Virus record (IMG/VR): IMGVR_UViG_3300050015_001011
Span: 1-52,740 of that record
Reading direction: 5' to 3' (one strand)
Origin: a virus
Lineage: Duplodnaviria > Caudoviricetes
Length of the DNA stretch: 52,740 bases
Made by a program: the position numbers and the translations under genes. Shown one piece after another: positions 46,484 through 52,740 of the stretch (within the stretch, counting starts at the first letter, position 1; each line of letters opens with the position of its first letter). The notes under the pieces were generated by a model. It ran no database searches, was not told the DNA's origin, and saw only the letters and a list, made by a program, of their open reading frames with translations.

Positions 46484-47314
46484 ATGCCAACAGGAGTATA
46501 TGTAAGGACATTTGAGAATAGTAAAAGGCCTCATCTTAAAGAAAATCTTTCTGAAGAGACGGTAAGATTAATGTCGGAAGCACAGTCTGGCGAAAAGGGC
46601 CATAACTATAAATCTGAATGCCATGATTATGAAACTAGAATTTGTGATCCTATTTGTGGTTGTGGCGAAACTTTTGAATGTCTTAGACGTTCTAATCAAA
46701 AGTATATTCTTGGACATAATGGTAGAACCAAAGAAGCTAAGAGACATTTATCTGAAACGAATTCAGGAGAAAAGAACGGTCAGTTTGGGGTTGAGCCATG
46801 GAATAAAGATACAAAAGGTATTGTGGTTGCTTGGAATAAGAATTTGACTAAAGAAACCGATTTAAGAGTAAAAAAGAATTCCTTTCAAATAAGTTCTACT
46901 TTGAAAGAGGGTTATAAGTCGGGTAGAATTGTTAGTGCTCGTTTGGGCAAACCTTGTCCTAAAGGGGCTGGTCATAGTAAAGGTGGTATTAGAGAGGATA
47001 TAGGAATATATGTGCGATCTACTTGGGAAGCTAATTTTGTTAGAATACTTGATCTTTTAGGTATATCTTGGTTATATGAATCTAAGAGATTTGCACTAAT
47101 CAGAGCTGATGGATCTAAAATGACATACTGTCCAGACTTTTATGTTTATGGTGTATATTGGGAAGTTAAAGGATATATGAGACCGGAAGCAGCTGAAAAG
47201 ATAAAATTATTTAAAGAGCAATATCCAGAACAGGGATTAGGAGTAGTTGATCACGAAGAATATAAGAAGTTAGAAAGGGAATATAGAGATTTAATTCCGA
47301 ATTGGGAAAGTTAA
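46484..47314 (+). CDS. Free-standing PD-(D/E)XK homing-type endonuclease (paralog)
   Basis: MPTGVYVRT, ETRIC..CGCGETFEC, two WNK motifs, RSTWEAN...YCPDF...WEVKGYM. Confidence 0.8.
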   Translation: MPTGVYVRTFENSKRPHLKENLSEETVRLMSEAQSGEKGHNYKSECHDYETRICDPICGCGETFECLRRSNQKYILGHNGRTKEAKRHLSETNSGEKNGQFGVEPWNKDTKGIVVAWNKNLTKETDLRVKKNSFQISSTLKEGYKSGRIVSARLGKPCPKGAGHSKGGIREDIGIYVRSTWEANFVRILDLLGISWLYESKRFALIRADGSKMTYCPDFYVYGVYWEVKGYMRPEAAEKIKLFKEQYPEQGLGVVDHEEYKKLEREYRDLIPNWES

Positions 47315-47328
47315 AATAAGGAGAGATT

Positions 47329-48030
47329 ATGGACAAAGTAAAGAAGGTGGTAGTGTCGCAACAAACAGTAGATCAATTAGACAGCGTGGCCAATTATTTT
47401 TTCAGTTTACCTGAAGAAACTCTTAGACAGCTTACAACTCTTCAAGAATTAATTTCGCAGTATAGTGCTAATCCAGATGCAGATCCCGCAATTCAAAGTC
47501 TAATCGGAAACGCTCATGGTTTTATGGATGATGTAAAATCTTTTGTTCGTTCTTTAGGAATTTCTATTGGTAAGTTAAGAGGTGCGTTAATACCCCCTAC
47601 GAGTCAAGTCCAACCAGCAGCAAATCCTCAAGAAAATCAACAGCTTTATGCTAAACGTGTGGCTCAAGTATCTGGAGAAGAAGATAAAGAGAAAGAGTTA
47701 GATCCAAAGTTTAAGAAGATATGGGACAGTCCATTATCTCCAGGCACTGTGTATAGAAGTATGGAACCTTTTGTTCCTGAAGCTCGCGAAGATAAAAAAG
47801 TTGGTGCGGGATATGATCCATCCTTTTTAGCTGAAGATATTATTAGACGCGCAAGAGGTGGTTTTGCTTTAGGTGCTCCTTATCAAAGTGTGCAAGAAGC
47901 TTATGATGCAGAGATTGGTGATGATAAGAATCTTAGTAAGGAAACAAAAGAAGAGGTAATTAAGATTCTGTCTAATCTAGGTTATAAAGTAAAGGGGGCA
48001 AAAGAAGCTGATAACAAAGAACTTTATTAA
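47329..48030 (+). CDS. Hypothetical protein with VVSQ and KRVAQ motifs
   Basis: ORF with RBS-like AGAGAG. Confidence 0.6.
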   Translation: MDKVKKVVVSQQTVDQLDSVANYFFSLPEETLRQLTTLQELISQYSANPDADPAIQSLIGNAHGFMDDVKSFVRSLGISIGKLRGALIPPTSQVQPAANPQENQQLYAKRVAQVSGEEDKEKELDPKFKKIWDSPLSPGTVYRSMEPFVPEAREDKKVGAGYDPSFLAEDIIRRARGGFALGAPYQSVQEAYDAEIGDDKNLSKETKEEVIKILSNLGYKVKGAKEADNKELY

Positions 48031-48056
48031 GATAAAGTAAACTTGAGAGGTTATAA

Positions 48057-49238
48057 ATGAATAAAACTATGAAGGCGTACTCTAGAAGTTCTGCCACATC
48101 TAAGGATATTTTAGAAAGAACTACTAATCTTATTTTAAGATTAGACAAGGTAAGTTTAGTTTTAAAAGAGCTATCAACTAGTTTATTAAAAAAATCAAGA
48201 GACTATAATCTTAATATTCAAAAAAGGAGTTTACATCATAATGGATAAGGTAACTTTATGCGATTCAGGTAAAACAGAAGGTACTATTTTAGAAAGACTT
48301 AAAAAAGTTAATGGTTGCTTGGATAATGTAAGTTTGAATCTTCTATCCATCGCCGCTTCCATTAAATCTGGTTCTTTGGTTGTTAATTCTGGTAAACTAT
48401 ATAATAAAGAAAAAGATATGGAAGTTACTTCTGTTTATGAGAGAGAAGATGTCTCTGTATTAAAAGCGTATTTTAAAAAGGGTGCCATTAATAATGAACA
48501 CATTCATTTAGGCGTATTAGAATACATTATTTGTTTGAATAAGGAAGGAAAGTTAGAACTAATTACTCCCAGTGGTTCTAGATTTTGTATGTACAATGAG
48601 TTAGTAGTTATATCAGCATCAGAACCGCATAAGACAATAGCTTTAGAAGATACAGATGTAATTTGTGTTTGTGTGCCGAAAGAAAAAGATTACAATTCTG
48701 TTTTAACAATTATCAAAAACGAAGGGATTTAATAATGAATAATAGTAGATCAATAACATTAGCAGAACTGGAAGCATTTACCAGAGTAAATGAAAAGGTT
48801 GCTAGTAATCTTGAAGGTATCGCAAACAGCTTTAAAGAGAATATAAAGATAATGGAGAAAATTTGCGATCGTCAGGAAGAATTGGGCAACGAAGTTCGTG
48901 GTGGTCTAAAGGAAGAAGTGCTTTCTAAGATAATTGAAGAATCCAATAATACAGCAAAAGTTATAAAAGATGATTTAAATGATCATTATGATACAGTCAA
49001 AGCTAATTTAGACAATCAAAAAGAACTTGTAAAATCTGTTTTGATAGAAACTAGAGATTCTGTTAGAAATGAGTTAATAACATACAGATTAGGTTTAGGC
49101 GCAATATTAGATGGCATAAAGAATTTAATCCAGACTGCGGTAGACAATACTAATTTAATAAGAATTGTTGTACAATATTTTTTGATTATAGTAGGTGTTT
49201 CATATATAATCTTTCAGTTACTGCATTTAAAGTTTTAG
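48057..49238 (+). CDS. Three-gene cluster: short helical protein (48057-48248), cupin-like protein (48241-48732), coiled-coil protein with C-terminal TM helix (48735-49238)
   Basis: HIH...EY and PHKTIALEDT cupin motifs; terminal hydrophobic helix. Confidence 0.55.
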
Positions 49239-49248
49239 TTTATTAAAT

Positions 49249-52052
49249 ATGAAGAAACTTACTTGGTTTGGTGATGATATTGTTGTATATGGAGAAGTGC
49301 ATAGGGAAGGGATAGATGATCCTGTTAGAGATGAATTTGTAGGTAAAGAAGGTCTTGTTGTAATTCAAATAAATAAAGAGAATGAATTAGCATCTGTAAC
49401 AATAACTGATGTAGCGAGATTTATAAAGAAACAGATAATTGATGTGATTAATAAAGAAACAAAATATAAAATATAAAAGGAGAGAATTGTAATATGTATA
49501 GGATAAGTAAGGCAATAACTAGAAGATTGTTAGCAGGTGATACGTTCTGTAGCTGCGGTGCTAGTAGGCAAGAATGCGCGGAGATGCGAGAGCAAGGCGG
49601 TAAGTGTTGTCCTAAGTGCATTCATATTAGAAAAGAAAACAACAAGAAATGGCGGGAATATCAAAAGAAACAAAAACGAGATAATCCTTTATACAATCCA
49701 GGTAAATCTGGTTGGTAAAAAATTATGAATAGACTAAGTAGAGCAGTACAGAATCAATTTAATGATAAGAAGGAAAGAGAAGATATTAGAAACTTAACTC
49801 TAAGTAGTGAAAGGGCTTATTATAAATTAAGAGGCGCTGGTATGGGTCATGAAGAGGCTTTAGAAGAGCTATCTAATAAGGCATTAAGTAATAAAGGAGA
49901 AACAAATAATGGTTAAACTAAGTAGAACAGTAAGCGGTAGATTGGCTCAACGTCAACCAGATGAACCAGGCATAGAAAGGGAAGAGATATCATATTGATG
50001 ATTTAAATGAAGCCGCAACTGAGTGGTTTTACAATCAGGCCGATGCTAGACAAAAAGTAGAAAACTTTATATTAGAAGAGTATAAGAAGGCCTTCAGTAT
50101 AAGCGAAGAGGATGTTGAGTATTAAGATGAATAAGATGAATGAAACAGAAAGATTATTAAAGTGCTTACCTTTTACTGCAGAAGGTGTGCCGGGTGATAG
50201 TTACCCTTTAGTTATAACCAAATTATATGATAGTAGATACATGATAGGATATTGGAAGTATGGTCAACGCGTTGATTGGAGTAAAGCAACATATCTTATT
50301 TCGTTTTCAGATAAAAATATAAATAAAGCTTTAAGAGGGTTACTTAAGTGGGTTAAAGAGCGAATGGAAATTAACAAATCAAGTACATAGGCATAATTAA
50401 GTATATAGACCGGAGAAAATAATATGAGTATGATCCGCCACGTTAAGAACACTATAAACAAAGTATTCAATCCTAGTAGTGAACGCCAAGAAGATAATAT
50501 GGCGATCTGCAATAAATGTAGTAACTCCTATCCTAAGTCTTGGCACAGTTGTCCTTATTGTAAGGTAGTAGTGGCTCCAGATAAGCCAAGGGTAGAGAAA
50601 GGAAACTAATAATGAACAGAATAGTTAAGGCAGTGAGGAATCATTTAAAGGCCTATATAGAACTAGATGATATGGAAAAGGACCACGCCAAGAATGGAGA
50701 GTTTACTTGGGCTGCCGAAAGTGTTGCTAGTAGAACTAAAAAGACTAAAGATGAATGCATGCCAAGTGTGATGCAGTATTGCAGAGATTTAAATGATCCA
50801 GATAGTTCGGATTATGATAAGCATAATAAGGAGAGATAAGAATGAGTAAACTAGAACAGCTGCAAGATGATATTTGGGCTTGGCTGTTTAGATTAATTTG
50901 CTTGTGTGGTATATCAATTGTATTTGCTATAACAATTATTATTTGGAAGTTTGCTTTAAGAATGTAGGAGAGATAAATGATTAAACTAAGTAAAGCAATA
51001 AGTAAGAGATTAGGACAAGGACCCGGTTGGCCAAGTGATTTTGAAGAGGAAGAAGATAATGGTGAAAGAGCCCAAAGTCCTTGTTGGCTAGCATTAGTAA
51101 AATTAAAGGCATCTTTGCGCCAGGCTCAAATTGATGGACTTGCTTGCAGTAAAATTGATACAGAGGCTGGCAACGCTAATCACCCTTTCTTTAAACATCT
51201 TCCAGACGTTGATACTAGAATACAAGATGCATTAACTATGGTTGAAGATGAGATGGCAAGTTATACGCCCTAATTTTATAGGAGCATAAAAATGAACAGA
51301 ATAGTTTTGGCAGTAAGGAATCATTTAACTGGTGTTGACAAGGATACTCAAATATCTTATTTTCGTTATCTTGATATTGCTAAAGGTAACGGAGCAGTAA
51401 TTTCTGAGAAAAATTTAAGACAAGAATTAACTTGGGCCAATGAAGGTAAGGCTGTTGTATTAGATTATGATGATATGTCGGATATTATTGATATGTGGCG
51501 TAGCTCAAGAGGTATAAAAGTACCTCTTGATGAAATGGTATAAAAGGAGAATAAACTATGAAAAGAAAATCATTAAAAGAACGTATTGCAGTAAGGCGAG
51601 CTTTAAAGAAGAGATTAACTGCCCAGCGTGATTATGCTTTTCATTTAGGTTGGGATGAATTAGATCCTGATTTGCAAGCTGCGAAGATAGAGAAATATCT
51701 TACATTCAATGCTGCACCAGAAGTTGGCGGAGATCAATACGAAGGTGAGGATAAGGAAGAAGGTTCAAGAGCGTGGTCAGACGCGGAAGATGCCATCTCC
51801 GCTCATTTTCCAATATACTTTTAAGGAGATAAGAATATGAAAAGACAGAGTTTAAAAGAACGTATTGCTGCACGTAGAGCGTTCAAGAAGGGTCAGTGGG
51901 ATAAACTGGCTCAAGATGGTCTAGGCGCACAAGATGGTTTAATGGAAGTAGCAAATATGGAGATTGATGACATTGCTCATCGTCTTAGTATTGATCACAC
52001 TGCCGCAAAGGTTATTTGGCATCTTGTTTCTGATTATCTTAACAAAAACTAA
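49249..52052 (+). CDS. Array of small proteins, most with basic leaders (49494, 49725, 50612, 50977, 51292, 51558, 51837; also 49249, about 50127, 50424, 50842)
   Basis: Strong AGGAG RBSs; shared N-termini MYRISKAI, MNRLSRAV, MNRIVKAVRNHL, MIKLSKAI, MKR.SLKERIA. Confidence 0.65.
49909..50125 (+). pseudogene. Leader-family gene MVKLSRTVSGRLAQ... broken by a +1 frameshift
   Basis: Frame from ATG 49909 stops at 49998; the +1 frame (HIDDLNEAATEWFY...) is open to TAA 50125 with no start of its own. Confidence 0.5.
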
Positions 52053-52053
52053 A

Positions 52054-52740
52054 ATGATAAAACTAAGTAGAGCAGTTCAGGCTATAAGTGATGACACGGC
52101 GTTAAGCTTGATCTTACGCTCACCAGGCGTAATGATAGAACTGCATCGTTATGAAGGCGTTGAGAAGACTGTGAACTTGCCAGAGATTCTATTTAATGCC
52201 TATATAAGAGATATGCAGTCAGTTGCGGATCATATGGGTCAAGAGCTGCCCGCGACAGTCAGAGACGTCATCGCCAATAAAGATCGCATAAAGAGCGCGT
52301 TACGCGCGAAATTTGAGAGGTCTAATATGGATATCAAAGCACAAAAGAAGACGTTAGAGGATGAAGTCTCCGAGTTAGGGCAACCGTTTAAAGACTGGGT
52401 TGTAAAAGAATATAAAAATCATTGGCACGTATTGAGTGATGCTACACTAAGAGAAGCAGCAGATAAATACAAAAGCGACTTTGCTGATGGATATAGTGAT
52501 GCACTAAAAAATACCGCTCAATTAAAAGAAAGCCAGATGGAGAAAGAAGTTCCAGTAAAGATTGCTCCAGTAGATGAGAAGGCATTAGAGAAGGGCAAAG
52601 TTGTTCCCAAAGAGGAAAACAGCGATTTAAAGGAAAAGAAACCAGGTTTAGTGAATACTCAACCGATTGCGGGTGATGAAGATAGTGAAGCTGTTGAAGA
52701 TACGTCGTTGAGTGAAGACTCAAAGGCTAACGCCGAACGC
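52054..52740 (+). CDS. Partial leader-family protein (MIKLSRAVQA...), runs off the window; absent from the ORF track
   Basis: 229 open codons from ATG 52054; internal IKAQ and NTAQ motifs; acidic tail. Confidence 0.8.
   Translation, partial: MIKLSRAVQAISDDTALSLILRSPGVMIELHRYEGVEKTVNLPEILFNAYIRDMQSVADHMGQELPATVRDVIANKDRIKSALRAKFERSNMDIKAQKKTLEDEVSELGQPFKDWVVKEYKNHWHVLSDATLREAADKYKSDFADGYSDALKNTAQLKESQMEKEVPVKIAPVDEKALEKGKVVPKEENSDLKEKKPGLVNTQPIAGDEDSEAVEDTSLSEDSKANAER

Noticed and set aside
277-52723. Short minus-strand and nested alternative-frame ORFs in the track (e.g. 492-833, 14417-14752, 39299-39619, 52442-52723)
   Set aside because: Shadows of well-supported plus-strand genes; no RBS or motifs
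1-52740. Alternative genetic code (stop-codon reassignment)
   Set aside because: Conserved genes are full length in the standard code, and TAA, TAG and TGA all end genes at tight junctions

Overview
AT-rich, densely packed, almost entirely plus-strand window that reads as part of a large tailed dsDNA phage genome (standard genetic code). About 1-37 kb holds replication and nucleotide-metabolism genes. These include a 5'-3' exonuclease, a 7-deazaguanine set (TGT/DpdA-like, FolE, QueC), a dUTPase-family protein, primase, two sigma-like factors, SSB, RecA, SbcD/SbcC, four glycosyltransferases with a sugar nucleotidyltransferase, an intein-containing class III RNR, a resolvase and a thymidylate synthase-like enzyme. 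Small and large terminase follow, then about 13 kb of mostly unknown small genes. Four things stand out. (1) A Ro60/TROVE gene is followed by a tandem array of four structured RNAs: three paralogous Y-RNA-like units that share a covarying stem but carry different apical domains (one a complete YrlA-type permuted tRNA mimic), plus a stand-alone permuted tRNA-like module. (2) At least 12 post-terminase ORFs share a basic N-terminal leader (M-x-[KR]-[LI]-S-[RK]...) and [AGS]-Q linker motifs, suggesting a virion cargo-targeting and proteolytic-processing system; one cargo is a 2H phosphoesterase (Acb1/LigT-like). (3) Seven free-standing endonucleases share Cys/His-rich N-terminal modules but swap between PD-(D/E)XK and HNH catalytic domains, and the three inverted ones carry a conserved divergent promoter cassette. 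(4) A structured candidate ncRNA lies just after terL. All calls come from manual motif reading; no searches or folding programs were run.
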